Origin: Candidatus Latescibacterota bacterium
GTDB lineage: Bacteria; Latescibacterota; UBA2968; UBA8231
Direction: 5' to 3'
Length of the DNA stretch: 64,000 nt
NCBI GenBank assembly: GCA_965217585.1
Contig: OZ244561.1
Coordinates: 882,888 to 946,887, forward strand
Positions 44,454 through 55,100 of the stretch are shown piece by piece. The notes beneath the pieces were generated by a model that had not been told where the DNA came from, searched no databases, and saw nothing but the letters and a program-made list of their open reading frames with translations. The position numbers were made by a program, and so were the translations under genes. Numbering within the stretch: the first letter of the stretch is position 1; every line of letters begins with the position of its first letter.

Positions 44454-47400
44454 TTAAAACGGCTTCTCAAATCCCAGGATGATATTTATAAACGTGGCCA
44501 AGAACCGCTCTCCGGCGAACACCTCTGTGTTCCTGTGATCGAATTCTTTGACGCGGTGGCGGAGGCCCACGTTGGTCGAGATGAGATAGCCGAAATACTT
44601 GGAGTCGTTGGTCATCATAAACACAGTATCGCGCTGTTTGAAACCGCGTCTGGCATCGACCAAGTCGGTCGCGCTATAGGGCAGTACAGCGCCAAATCCC
44701 TGCATCCCGAACTGGAAGCGGCTTCTCTTGGTCAGGCGGTACTCCAGTTTGATGAGGGGAATCACATGGCGCTCGTGTCTGGCGGCTAGGCTCTGGCTTT
44801 GCCGCCACTCCTTGAGGTAGCGGAATTTAAAACCGGAAAACAGGCTGAGCTTGGGGGCGAGCTGCCAGTTGTAGTCGATCTTGTGGACCATGGTCAGCCG
44901 CCGGCGGCGGTCGCTCTGCTGCTTTCTGCCGTCCCACAGGGCCCCTCCGCGCTGGAAATTGACCTCGACTTTGACCTTGTTGTGTATGTTGAGGTCGGGT
45001 ACGGTCTGCCAGCGAGCGTCGGTGAACAAGCGCAGCAGCGTGCTGTTCTGATAGTTGAGCGGATCCTCGCGCCGCTGCTCGTTAAAGGGGGCGATTTCGA
45101 CCGAAACCGCGCGGAACAACTCATGTCGCTGGGCCTCGGTGAGCACAGCTTCGCTGTACACGCTCAGCGGATCTTCCACCCCGTCCTCCACCTTTTCCAG
45201 CGAGGCTTCGGAGAAGAAGCGACCCAGGCTCGGCACTTGCCGCTCGTACCTGAGACGGGTGTAGCGCACCTTGCTGGGCGAGGAGCCGGCGATTTGCTCG
45301 GCTTGTAAGGCCCCCAGAGTCCAGGTCAGATCCGGCACCAGTCTGTACTGCCCGTACAGGTGCAGCCCTCGCAAATCGGGGTCGTAGGGATAGTCGGCCT
45401 CCCAGTCGTTCTCGCGCGTGTCAATGAAGTCGTTGTGGTTGAGATCTACACCGTAGTCGTAGTCCTGCGGGTCCGCGTCGTACATGAGGAAGGGTTCCAC
45501 ATGATCCGGCGTGCCATTGTAGTTCCGGTTGTGGTCGGGCACGCCATCGCGGTCCTCGTCCGTGCCCGGGAAGATGCCATCGACATCCGCTTGTCCCTGG
45601 TTGGGCGAATATATCCTGTTGTACCAGCTATCGGGAAAGCGGTCGTCGTCGTCGTTGTCTTCGACCAAGCGGTGGATCATGGTATTGTTGTAGGCGATTG
45701 GATTGCCGAAAAAGTCGGTCTCATCGCGCCCGACATAGGTGCGTAGTTCCGTGCTGTACAGGGGCCCCATGGAAAAGTACTCCACCCCGAAGCCCCAGCG
45801 GCGGGCGCGGCGCTCCACGGCCATATAATAGGCGCGGTCGCCAATGGTGCTCCGCTTTCCCGGCAGTTGCTCCCGGTTGGTCGCGTTTATGCCGAGGGCG
45901 TCCAGGGGTACGCGCGGGGCGGGCGGACCGCTGGCGTACTGGGAGAAGCTGCTGCTGTGGGCGAATTCGGCGCGGATCTGGAAGCCTTTGAGAACCCCGT
46001 GGACATGGGCGCTGTACAGGTTCAAGCCCGTGGGCGTGCCCGCCTCGATTTGGAGCCGCTTCAAGGCGCCGGCCTGGGGGTTGCCTTTGGCGCGGGCAAC
46101 CGGGCGGAAAAAGGTGGCGTAGCGATAGCGCCCCTTGTAGTTGACCCCCGGTGGATTGAGGTCGGTGCCGGCCTGGTCGATTTCCGCCACTTCAATGTGG
46201 TAGTCGTTGGCCAAGGTCAGGTCGACGCGCACCGAGCGAATCGGCTCTCCAAAGGGCTCTAGGTCAATGTACAGGATGCCGTATTCCCGTCCATCAAAGG
46301 CCTGCGGCAAATCCCTCCGGGTGTGCAGGCCGAGGAATTGACCATCGGGATTGAGGGCGGATCGCTCGGCCTGCTGGTGGGCGAATTCGCCGTGCACAGT
46401 AATCGGGTCCTCGGTCTCCTGATCGGCGTTGATCACATGGTCGGGACCAAAGAGTTTGAAGTCGCGGTAGTAGAGGTGGTCGATCCAGAAGGGGAATTCG
46501 TATCCCCGATAGTAGAGATCCGGGTCAAAGCCGGCATAGCCGATGTAGGGGTCATACGAACTGAAGACCGACCCCCGGTTGACCGACTGGTAGTCGTTGG
46601 GCACGGGGGGAAGGGGTTTGCGCTCGCCGCTGCGGAGCAGATCTTGGACATAGGGTTGGCGTTGCTCTCCCCGCTTGAAGAGGCGGACGATGAAGGGCTC
46701 CAGTTCCGGCCGCTCCCGGCCATTGACGTAGATATCGACTTGGTGGATCACTGGCCCTCCCCTCCCGTCTAGGGGCGAATCGTCCGATATGCGAATGGCG
46801 ATCAAGGCCGGCGCATTCTGCATGGCGCCCGGCACGCCCTTGAGTGACCGGCTCCCCTCGCCCATCAGCGGTTCGTACTGATGGGCGTTGATGAAAGTGC
46901 CGCCAAAGTGGAGAAAGCCCACCTGGCGCTGGTAGTGCAGGCCCAGCAGCATGGCCTTGGCTTTGAGCTGGTGATTGGCTTCGACAGTGCCCAGACTGAG
47001 GGGGCCGTGGATGCGCGAGAACACGGCGGAGAAGGCGTCCCGTCTGGTGCCCAGATCCAGGCGCAGGCCGTTGAAATTGGCCCGCTTCAGGGTCAGCGGC
47101 GTGAACTTGGTGCGGATTTCGTCGCCGTAGATGATGCGAGACTGCCAGGCATCGGTGCCGTCCGTACCCACGATCACATAGTTGAAAAGTTGCCGGTAGC
47201 TGGCGTAGAGATTGCGCTCGACGTTTTGGACGCTGATAAAATCGGTGAAATCCTCGGGGGCTTCACCGTGGAATCTGACCTCGTCTAGGCTGGTAAACCC
47301 GCGCTCGATGCCGCGGCCCCGGCGCTCGATCCAACTGATGGCCTCGGAGCCGTAGAGCAGGCGATCTCCCAGCACACTGTAGAACGGCCGCAATGTGGTG

Positions 47401-47630
47401 GTGAAGGGCGGCTGCCGGGAATATGCCATTGAGCCGTAGTTTTGGTAGCGCATTTCCCCAAAACGCCCCACAAAGGGCTGGACCGGGAGCAGGCGCTGTG
47501 GACCCAAACGGGGCTGCTCCGGCACATCCCGATCCTCTTGTCCGAAAAGGCTTGCCGGCACCAAGCACAGGATCGCGAGTCCAGAGCGGGCCAAAGACGC
47601 GATTGAGCGGCAATGCTGGTAGCGGCGCAC
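44454..47630 (-). CDS. Very large outer-membrane beta-barrel-type protein with a thrombospondin-type-3-like Ca-binding motif; start uncertain
   Basis: It ends in ...NIILGFEKPF (C-terminal Phe, an OMP signature) and has alternating aromatic/polar strands throughout. DEDRDGVPDHNRN matches DxDxDGxxD. A GTG at 47630 would give MRRYQHCRSIASLARSGLAILCLVPASLFG/QED, a good signal peptide. The ORF track starts at 47705. Confidence 0.7.
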   Translation of the reverse strand: MRRYQHCRSIASLARSGLAILCLVPASLFGQEDRDVPEQPRLGPQRLLPVQPFVGRFGEMRYQNYGSMAYSRQPPFTTTLRPFYSVLGDRLLYGSEAISWIERRGRGIERGFTSLDEVRFHGEAPEDFTDFISVQNVERNLYASYRQLFNYVIVGTDGTDAWQSRIIYGDEIRTKFTPLTLKRANFNGLRLDLGTRRDAFSAVFSRIHGPLSLGTVEANHQLKAKAMLLGLHYQRQVGFLHFGGTFINAHQYEPLMGEGSRSLKGVPGAMQNAPALIAIRISDDSPLDGRGGPVIHQVDIYVNGRERPELEPFIVRLFKRGEQRQPYVQDLLRSGERKPLPPVPNDYQSVNRGSVFSSYDPYIGYAGFDPDLYYRGYEFPFWIDHLYYRDFKLFGPDHVINADQETEDPITVHGEFAHQQAERSALNPDGQFLGLHTRRDLPQAFDGREYGILYIDLEPFGEPIRSVRVDLTLANDYHIEVAEIDQAGTDLNPPGVNYKGRYRYATFFRPVARAKGNPQAGALKRLQIEAGTPTGLNLYSAHVHGVLKGFQIRAEFAHSSSFSQYASGPPAPRVPLDALGINATNREQLPGKRSTIGDRAYYMAVERRARRWGFGVEYFSMGPLYSTELRTYVGRDETDFFGNPIAYNNTMIHRLVEDNDDDDRFPDSWYNRIYSPNQGQADVDGIFPGTDEDRDGVPDHNRNYNGTPDHVEPFLMYDADPQDYDYGVDLNHNDFIDTRENDWEADYPYDPDLRGLHLYGQYRLVPDLTWTLGALQAEQIAGSSPSKVRYTRLRYERQVPSLGRFFSEASLEKVEDGVEDPLSVYSEAVLTEAQRHELFRAVSVEIAPFNEQRREDPLNYQNSTLLRLFTDARWQTVPDLNIHNKVKVEVNFQRGGALWDGRKQQSDRRRRLTMVHKIDYNWQLAPKLSLFSGFKFRYLKEWRQSQSLAARHERHVIPLIKLEYRLTKRSRFQFGMQGFGAVLPYSATDLVDARRGFKQRDTVFMMTNDSKYFGYLISTNVGLRHRVKEFDHRNTEVFAGERFLATFINIILGFEKPF

Positions 47631-47794
47631 CTGGGTGTGGAAGCACGAGGTGAGGCGGACGCGGAAGACCAGTGGTATACCGGAAAGCGTTTGCGGTTTG
47701 CACACGGGATTTACCGGGGTTTTGGCGACGGCGTTTCACAATTTGTCCCTCAACATAGTGATTTAGCCGCAATGGACCAAAGAAAACAAAGCGG

Positions 47795-48799
47795 TCAGAT
47801 CGGTCCTTTGTGGCCGCGGCCAATGGCCTCGCCTAGGCGCATGGTGTGGACGGCGTCTTCGAGGGTGGACCAGGGGGTCTGAGCCCCGAGGATGCAGTCG
47901 GCAAAGTGCCGGGTCTCGTCGAAATGGGGACCGCCGGTGGGCTCGAGATCCAGTTCGCCTCGATAGGGCGCTCCGCGGGTGCCTTGGCCGCGGCCCTGAT
48001 CGACGGCCTGGTACAGTTCGCACTCGGGCGCTCCGTTGAGGTCGAGGTAGGCGGAGAAATCCTCGGCGTGCACCTCGGCGCGGCGGATGCGAAAACCCAC
48101 GCCGCTGTGGTGCATCATGGTGGCGATGGCGCCGCTAGCGAAGTGGATGACGGCGTTGTGGCGGCCGGCCCCGTCGCGCTCGCCTTGTTTGATCAGTGAG
48201 TAGACTGCCGTAGCTCTAGCCGCTTCAGTGGGGGTGCGGCCGGCCAGCCAGCGCAGCAGGTCGACGTGATGGATGGCGTCGCAGATAATCGAAGGGGGCG
48301 TGAGATGGGCCCAAGCTCTGGAGCCGATCAGATCGAGGTGCTTGTTGTATGTGGCGGCGCAGTGCACCGGCCCGCCTCTCTGCTGCACTAGGCGGCGGAC
48401 GGCCAGGACTTGGGGGAAGTAGCGGCGGTTGAAGGAGACCATGTTCTCGCCTTTGCTGCGGCGGGCAACCGCGGCCAATTTCTCGGTATCGGATGCACTC
48501 ATGCCCGGGGGTTTTTCCAAGGAAGTGTGCAGGTCGCGCTGGAGGCAGTCAATGGCAATGGGGGTAAGGTGGCCGGGCATGGTGCAGATGTGGACCAGAT
48601 CCAGAGCGCAGGTATCGAGCATCCGGCGGTAGTCGGCAAAGGCGCGTTCGGGCTTCCATTGGCGGCGATTCTGCTCCAGCCGTTTGCCGTCGACTTCGCT
48701 GATGGCCACTAGGTGCAGTCGGGGTTCGGCGGCGATCATGCGGAAGTGCTCTTGGGCGTGGCCACCGCAGCCGATGACGGCGACTTTCAAATCTGCCAT
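47795..48799 (-). CDS. Gfo/Idh/MocA-family oxidoreductase (B)
   Basis: MADLKVAVIGCGGHAQEHFRMIAAEPRLHLVAISEVD is the canonical GxGxxG Rossmann N-terminus. The ATG at 48799 is preceded by GGAGGAAAGACC. The ORF-track N-extension to 48916 is rejected. Confidence 0.85.
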   Translation of the reverse strand: MADLKVAVIGCGGHAQEHFRMIAAEPRLHLVAISEVDGKRLEQNRRQWKPERAFADYRRMLDTCALDLVHICTMPGHLTPIAIDCLQRDLHTSLEKPPGMSASDTEKLAAVARRSKGENMVSFNRRYFPQVLAVRRLVQQRGGPVHCAATYNKHLDLIGSRAWAHLTPPSIICDAIHHVDLLRWLAGRTPTEAARATAVYSLIKQGERDGAGRHNAVIHFASGAIATMMHHSGVGFRIRRAEVHAEDFSAYLDLNGAPECELYQAVDQGRGQGTRGAPYRGELDLEPTGGPHFDETRHFADCILGAQTPWSTLEDAVHTMRLGEAIGRGHKGPI

Positions 48800-48827
48800 G
48801 GTCTTTCCTCCGTTAATTCGCAGAACA

Positions 48828-50771
48828 TCAATAGACCGGAATGCGATTGCCCACCATGCCGGTAAAACCGTCGATGAGCAGCCACAGGCCGCCCACGACG
48901 AATTGCCCCAGCACAATCCCGAGGAAAAACGGTCTGGTCTTTTGGTACAGGGCCGGGCCGCCGTACTTCAGCACCAGCACCTTTATCATCCAGGCCAAGA
49001 AGACGGAAAACCAGATATTGACCATGGCCCAGCCCATACTGACGGCAAACCCGAGGGGGTGAAAGGGCCACCAGATAAATTTGTGGCGGGCGATCATCAG
49101 GCCCGCCATGATCAGACCGCCCACTGCGGTCCACAGCCAGCCGCTCAGGCTCGGTCCGGTGGGGTTGGCCAGTTTTTGGGCGGCGAAACTCGAGGGATAC
49201 GTGGCAAAGGTGCCAAAGTACTGGCGGTGAAGATTCAGCGCTCCGTCGCGGTAGGCTAGGTAGAGCAGGAACCAAGTGGAGACCACCAAGCTGATCAACA
49301 TGGCCGCGACAATGGCTCCGAGCAGGGCCCGCTGGCCTCTGGTCGTCTCGCTGCCGAGGCGCAGGCCATTGGCCAGCGGCGCGGCCATGAAGACCAGCAG
49401 GTCGCCGGCCCAGGCCAGGGTGTACCCGGTGGCGATCATGCCCTTGGCACCCAAGGCGGGGACGCCGACTCCAGAAACGACAAAACCAGCCGGAACCATC
49501 TCCGGGGTTACAGTGGCCAACCCGGCCTCGGCAATGACGCGCGCCAAGCCGATGAAGATGACCAGAGCGGCAAAGAGGAAAAAGGGCGTGATCCAGCCGG
49601 GAATGCCCGATTTCCACAGCCAGGATCCCATGATGGCCACGCCGAGGCAAAAACCGCAGACCGCCGTCCTGTAGGACATGATTTCGCGGGTATCGTCTAT
49701 TGGGGCATTCTTGTCCAGGGCTTTGTGCAGGACCGCCTTGAGATGGGGGCGTGCGGTCCACAGACCAAAGAGAACGAGGATGATTAAGGCGCCCATCATT
49801 TGATGGCCCACAATTGCGCCTATGGGTCCGGAGCCGGTCCAGGGGCCCAGTTCTTCCGGACTGTGAATCCCCAGAATTGAGAAGGTGCCCCTCTCAATCA
49901 GGTGGAGTAGGTAGAAGAACCAGAGGCTAAAGGAAATACTGGTATTGATGAAGTAGGCAAAGCCGAACATCAGGAGGTTGAGCCTGAGATTCAGGGTGAC
50001 ACTGTTGCGAAAGAGCGCTAGGCTGGCCTGGGCTTCGATCGGCGAGATAAAGTAGAAGTAGTGGTGCAGGGCATTGACGCTGTTGATCGCGAAGGGGATG
50101 GCAAAACCGCACCACATGATGCTGCTTTTGAAAAAGGGCTTGACGAGCTGTTCTTTGGCGTCGTCTTGGAGCATGGCCATGGGCACCTGGACAAGCGGGT
50201 AGACCAGACGCTCGTGTTCGCTCCACTGGCGCCGCAGAATGACTGTGGCGCAAATGAGGATCAGGTAGAGCGAGGCGTAGAAGGCCAGCCAGCGGAGCAG
50301 GGGACCCGCCCAGATGTTCCAGGGAATGCGCAGCGGACCGCTGGTGCCCTCGTAGAAACCCTTGATGGCGGATGCGTCGTACACCACCAGCCAGTCCGAG
50401 AGGATGGGATGGATCAATTCGGCCCACTCGTTCTCGGGGGTAGCGTAGTAGAAGGTGCCGGTGATCATGGGCAACAACATGCCGACCACGCCGCGAGTGG
50501 GAATGGCGGTTGCCACCATCATCATGATGAAGACGGTAATGAGTTCGCCCCGCTGAAAGGCCCAGTTGCGCTTGAGCAGACCCAGCGGGATATGAATGGT
50601 AGCCAGCAGGACGAAGAGCAGGAAGAAGGCCGCGGGCGTGCAGGAACTGAGTCCGAGTCGGGTGCCCTGAATCACCATGCTGCCGTAGGGAATGCCGATG
50701 GCGATGACTACGCACATCAGGCATCCCACGAGAAAACCGCGCAAGGTGATGGCCGTCTGCTGGGCAGGCAT
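48828..50771 (-). CDS. Large polytopic membrane protein, uncharacterised family (paralogue B, 647 aa)
   Basis: YYATPENEW, RRQWSEHERLVYPLVQVPMAM, RVIAEAGL, WWPFHPLGF, VLVLKYGGPALYQKTRPFFLGIVLGQ. Collinear with paralogue A. Confidence 0.8.
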   Translation of the reverse strand: MPAQQTAITLRGFLVGCLMCVVIAIGIPYGSMVIQGTRLGLSSCTPAAFFLLFVLLATIHIPLGLLKRNWAFQRGELITVFIMMMVATAIPTRGVVGMLLPMITGTFYYATPENEWAELIHPILSDWLVVYDASAIKGFYEGTSGPLRIPWNIWAGPLLRWLAFYASLYLILICATVILRRQWSEHERLVYPLVQVPMAMLQDDAKEQLVKPFFKSSIMWCGFAIPFAINSVNALHHYFYFISPIEAQASLALFRNSVTLNLRLNLLMFGFAYFINTSISFSLWFFYLLHLIERGTFSILGIHSPEELGPWTGSGPIGAIVGHQMMGALIILVLFGLWTARPHLKAVLHKALDKNAPIDDTREIMSYRTAVCGFCLGVAIMGSWLWKSGIPGWITPFFLFAALVIFIGLARVIAEAGLATVTPEMVPAGFVVSGVGVPALGAKGMIATGYTLAWAGDLLVFMAAPLANGLRLGSETTRGQRALLGAIVAAMLISLVVSTWFLLYLAYRDGALNLHRQYFGTFATYPSSFAAQKLANPTGPSLSGWLWTAVGGLIMAGLMIARHKFIWWPFHPLGFAVSMGWAMVNIWFSVFLAWMIKVLVLKYGGPALYQKTRPFFLGIVLGQFVVGGLWLLIDGFTGMVGNRIPVY

Positions 50772-50838
50772 CTTCAGCTCCCTTCAACGCGGATAATTGG
50801 CCAAGTTCGAAATTGGACCAACCTTGTAGCAGATTGCT

Positions 50839-51537
50839 TCACTCCAACCGCTCTGCGAGCAGGCGGGGCAGTTCGCCTAGGTGGGCTATTTGGTGGTATT
50901 GCTGGCGCTCGGCCTCGGAGGGCTCGACGCTTTCGTGGGTCCAAGTAGTGTGATAAGGCACATAGACGGCGCATCCGCCCAAGGCGACGACGGGCAGGAC
51001 ATCCGACTTGAGCGAATTGCCCACCATGCAGAAATCGGCGGCACGGACGCCGTGGCGCTGCAGCAGGGCCGCGTAGGTTTGCTCGTTTTTGTCGCTGACG
51101 ATTTCGATATAGGTGAAGTGATCGGCCAAGTCGGAGCGGGCGATCTTGACCTCTTGGTCGAACAAATCGCCCTTGGTCAGCAGCATCAGGGGACGAGTTC
51201 GGGCCAAGCGGGTGAGCACTTCCTCGACGTGGGGCAGCGGTTCGATGGGCATTTGCAGCAGCTCTTTGCCATAGTCCAAAATCTGGCGGATTTGCTGCCC
51301 GGTTACCGCGCCCTGCGTCAGATCGAGGGCCGTCTCGATCATGGACAAGGTGAAACCTTTGATGCCGTAGCCAAAGTGAGCTAGGTTGCGCATTTCAGTC
51401 TCGTACAGCTCCCGCTCGGTCCACGCCGGATCGCAGTCGGGGGCCAACAGATGCTTAAAGCGGTCTTTGGCCGTTTCAAAGTAGATCTCGTTTTCCCACA
51501 GGGTATCGTCGGCGTCAAAGGCAATCAGGGCGGGCAT
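50839..51537 (-). CDS. HAD-superfamily hydrolase
   Basis: MPALIAFDADDTLW (DxDxT motif I), LLTKGD (motif II/III context), MVGNSLKSDV (motif IV). Confidence 0.8.
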   Translation of the reverse strand: MPALIAFDADDTLWENEIYFETAKDRFKHLLAPDCDPAWTERELYETEMRNLAHFGYGIKGFTLSMIETALDLTQGAVTGQQIRQILDYGKELLQMPIEPLPHVEEVLTRLARTRPLMLLTKGDLFDQEVKIARSDLADHFTYIEIVSDKNEQTYAALLQRHGVRAADFCMVGNSLKSDVLPVVALGGCAVYVPYHTTWTHESVEPSEAERQQYHQIAHLGELPRLLAERLE

Positions 51538-51610
51538 GGCTGGCTGTGTTTTTTTCGGTAATCAACCAACACAATCTTACCTCGGCCTCGGCGGGCAGGA
51601 CGGTCGCCCA

Positions 51611-52012
51611 TCATAGGTGCAGCAGCGGCTGGTCGGGGGAGAGGGGATTGGGGACCAGTTTTTGCCCTGAAAGGTCGATGTGCCAGTCCATTTCTTCGAG
51701 CGGAACGGCCCCCAGCAGCGGTTGGGTGCCACGAGGCAGTTCAATGGCTCTGACCTGACATATTCGTCCCTGCACTTCGAGCTCGACCATGCCTAAGACG
51801 CGGCATTCGCGCTGGGGGCCATCGGCGGTAACCACGCGCATGGCCCCCAGATCTTCGAGCTTGAGAGGGTCCATGAGTTCAGCGGGAAGTGCCAATTCAG
51901 CGGCACCGGAGTCCACCAGCATGTCACAGGAGACTTCTCGCCCCTGTTTGCCCGGCGGTAGGAACCGATTCTGCCAGTTTCTCATTTTGGCGGGAACGCG
52001 AAAGATGCCCAA
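51611..52012 (-). CDS. Retropepsin-like (clan AA) aspartic protease
   Basis: MLVDSGAAELALP contains the D-S-G-A active-site motif. A TTG at 52012 preceded by GGAGG (8-nt spacer) gives a 133-aa product, MGIFRVPAKMRNW..., typical for this family. The longer ORF-track start at 52138 is less likely. Confidence 0.65.
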   Translation of the reverse strand: MGIFRVPAKMRNWQNRFLPPGKQGREVSCDMLVDSGAAELALPAELMDPLKLEDLGAMRVVTADGPQRECRVLGMVELEVQGRICQVRAIELPRGTQPLLGAVPLEEMDWHIDLSGQKLVPNPLSPDQPLLHL

Positions 52013-52151
52013 TAGATTATCCTCCGTAGTGTCGTTTTCAAATAATACGTTATAGATTATGAATACCTTTGAGCCGCGCAAGGTCGGCTCCGGCTGGCCC
52101 CGGAAGTGGATCGCCCTCTCCGCGCCCACCCTCTTCACAATGAGCTAGCTT

Positions 52152-55100
52152 ATGCCGACGCATCGACTGCGCTTCTTGCCCTTTCTGTCCATCCTACTCT
52201 GGGTCGTCCTGCTCGACGGAGCTTGGGCCCAGTCCCAAGCGACCACTGGCGTAATCCGCGGCTTGGTCTGGGATCAGTTTAGCAACCCCATCGGCAACGC
52301 CACCGTCGCGCTCAAGGAAACCCGCACCAACTACGAGCGCACCCTTACCTCATCCGATCTGGGGCTGTTTACCGCGACCCTATTGCCCCTCGGCTTCTAC
52401 GACGTGACGGTACAAGCGACCGAACAGGCCGAAGTGCGGCAGACCGGGGTGCAAGTGCGAGTCGGTGAGACCGTAGAATTGATCGTCAAAATGCTGCCGC
52501 AGATGGAGGAAATGGTCGTCGAGGCCGCCTTGCCCACGGTGGATATAGCCCAGAGCGAGCCAGCCACGCGCCTGCCCGAAGAGGCGGTGCAGGACCTGCC
52601 CAACAACGGGCGCAACTTCCTCAACCTAACGCTGTTGACGCCGGGCGTGGCCATAGTCCAAGGCCCCGACGGCGACGAGCTGAGCATCGGCGGGCAGCGC
52701 GGCATTCACAACAACATCTCGGTGGATGGCGCCGATTTCAACAATCCCTTCTTCGGCGAGCAGCGCGGCGGCCAGCGCCCAGCCTTCACCTTTAATTTGG
52801 ACGCGGTGGAGGAAATGGTGGTGGTGCCGCAGGGGGCTAACGCGGAATTCGGCCGCTCCAGCGGCGGCTTTGTCAACGTCATCACCAAGTCGGGCACCAA
52901 CCAATTGCACGGCTCGCTGCATTTTTTTGGCAAAAACGACGCTTTGTCGGGCACGGCGCGGCACGAGGGCGTGGAGCGCGTGCCGGATTTTAACCAGGGG
53001 CAGTTCGGCTTCACTTTGGGCGGGCCGCTGATACAGGACAAGGCATTTTTCTTTGCCGCCTACGACCAGCAGGTTTTCAGGGACACCAAGCAGGACGATA
53101 GCCAGCGCATCGATGCTCGGCTGCGCGCGTTTATGGACGAGCAATTCAGCGGGGCACTAGCCGGCGATTACGGGCCGATTGACCGCACCAACGACGCCCG
53201 CGCTTTTCTCGCCAAAGTCGATGCCCGCCTCTCGGATGCACACTACGCCACCTTCAAATACAATTACACTTGGTCCGAGCAGGAAAACGGCACCTTTGAC
53301 GTGGACTCGTGGACCCGCAGCGCCAATGCCGTAGAAAGGGACTGGTCACACGCCTTCAACGGCAGCCTGCTGTCGCTGCTGTCCTCGACCACCACCAACG
53401 AGTTTCGCTTCCAGATTTCCCGCGAAGATCGCCCGCGACCCTACCTTGGCCCGGACAACCCCAACACCGGCCGACCCTTCCCCGATACGGGCATGGATTT
53501 TGTCCACGGCTATCGCTTTGGTATGCCCTTCTTCATTCCGGTCGAATACTACGACACCCGCATCCAGGCGCTCGACAACATCTCCGTGGCCAAGGGCGAT
53601 CACCTAATCAAAGCCGGGGTCGAGTGGAACCGCGTCGAATCCGTGCAGACCTTCATCGGCTTTGCCAATGGCCGCTACATCTTCAGTTCAATAGATGGTT
53701 TCCTCAACTTCGTCGGACAGGGCAACGGCTATGTCGAGTGCGCCGATGGCAGCACCAGCACCACTGGGGCCTGCCCCGACGGGACGGATATCACCGGGCC
53801 GGTTCTGCTCTATTTGCAGCAGTCCGGCGTCGGCGGCCTGACCGTGGAAGAAGCGGGGACCCAAGGTATCCCGCAGCATGAATTAGCTCTGTTTGTGCAG
53901 GACAGTTGGCAGCCCTCGAACAAGCTGACGCTCAATTACGGCCTGCGCTGGGAAGCGCAGATTCAGCCCGATGTGATCACCGATCCAGACGAGGTGTTCT
54001 TCGCCGATTTCATTGGTAAAACGGTGGCCAACGAAACGGGCACCTACGAATTCCCCTCCAACGGCACCATTCCCTCGGACTGGGATATGTTCCAGCCGCG
54101 CTTGGGGATAGCCTACGATGTGCACGGCGACAACAAGACCTTGCTGCGCGGCAGCGCCGGGATGTACTACGCCCGCATCCCGGGCTTGAACGTAGCCAGC
54201 ACGCGTTCGACCAACGGCTCGCGCGGGCAATCCATTTTCCGCTCTAGCGCCCTGACGCCCGTTTTGGGGCCGCCGCCGACCTACGGCGAATTGTTGCCCG
54301 CGCCCGCCAGCGATCCCTTCCGGCCCAATATCTTTGTCTTTGACCAGAATTTTGCAAACCCGCGCACCATCAGCGCGAATGTCGGAATTGAACGCGAATT
54401 ACATGTGTCGGGTTTGGTCGGCTCCTGCGGGTACACGTACGCCCGCACCGACAATCTGACGCGCTTTGTCAACCACAATGACGCAATCTTCGGCTCTCCG
54501 TGGGCAACGGGCCTAGGGGCCGATGGCAGCAACGGAATCGGCGATTTGACCGTGGTCGAGAGCACAGCTAAATCGCGCTATCACGGCCTCAGCTTCGGCT
54601 TGCGGCAGATGGTGCAAAACGACTTGCAATTCCAGCTCAACTATACATTGTCGTGGGACAAATCCGACGACGACAACGAGCGCGATCCCTTCACCTTCCG
54701 CTACGTCGACGCAACTCAATTGGAGCACGAATGGGGCTATTCGGACCGCGACCAGCGCCACCGCTTCAATGCGTGGGCCTTGGCGGCATTGCCCGGCGGG
54801 GTTTTGCTCAACCAGCGCCTGAGCTACTATTCGGCGCAGCCAGTCTCCGCATCCTGCCCGGGCCAGCCCTCGACCAACCCGTGGGGTGCTGCCTCTGACC
54901 GGATCTGCGGCGACGGCCGCATCATGGCGCGCAACACGCTGCGCAAGGACAACGAGTTTTTCTCCTATGACGTGCGCCTGTCGCGGCCCATATTAGTGGG
55001 CAGCGGCCAGCTAGAGGCCATTGTCGAGGTCTTCAACCTGCTCAACACGGACAACTTCCGCGACCCCTCCAGCGCCGGCCTACTGTTCAACTTCGACGGC

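Noticed and set aside
48787-50787. 324-aa and 286-aa ORFs (48787-49761, 49927-50787) overlapping membrane protein B
   Set aside because: Both are Arg/Pro/Gly-rich off-frame products. The 647-aa frame is supported by paralogy to 41345-43390.
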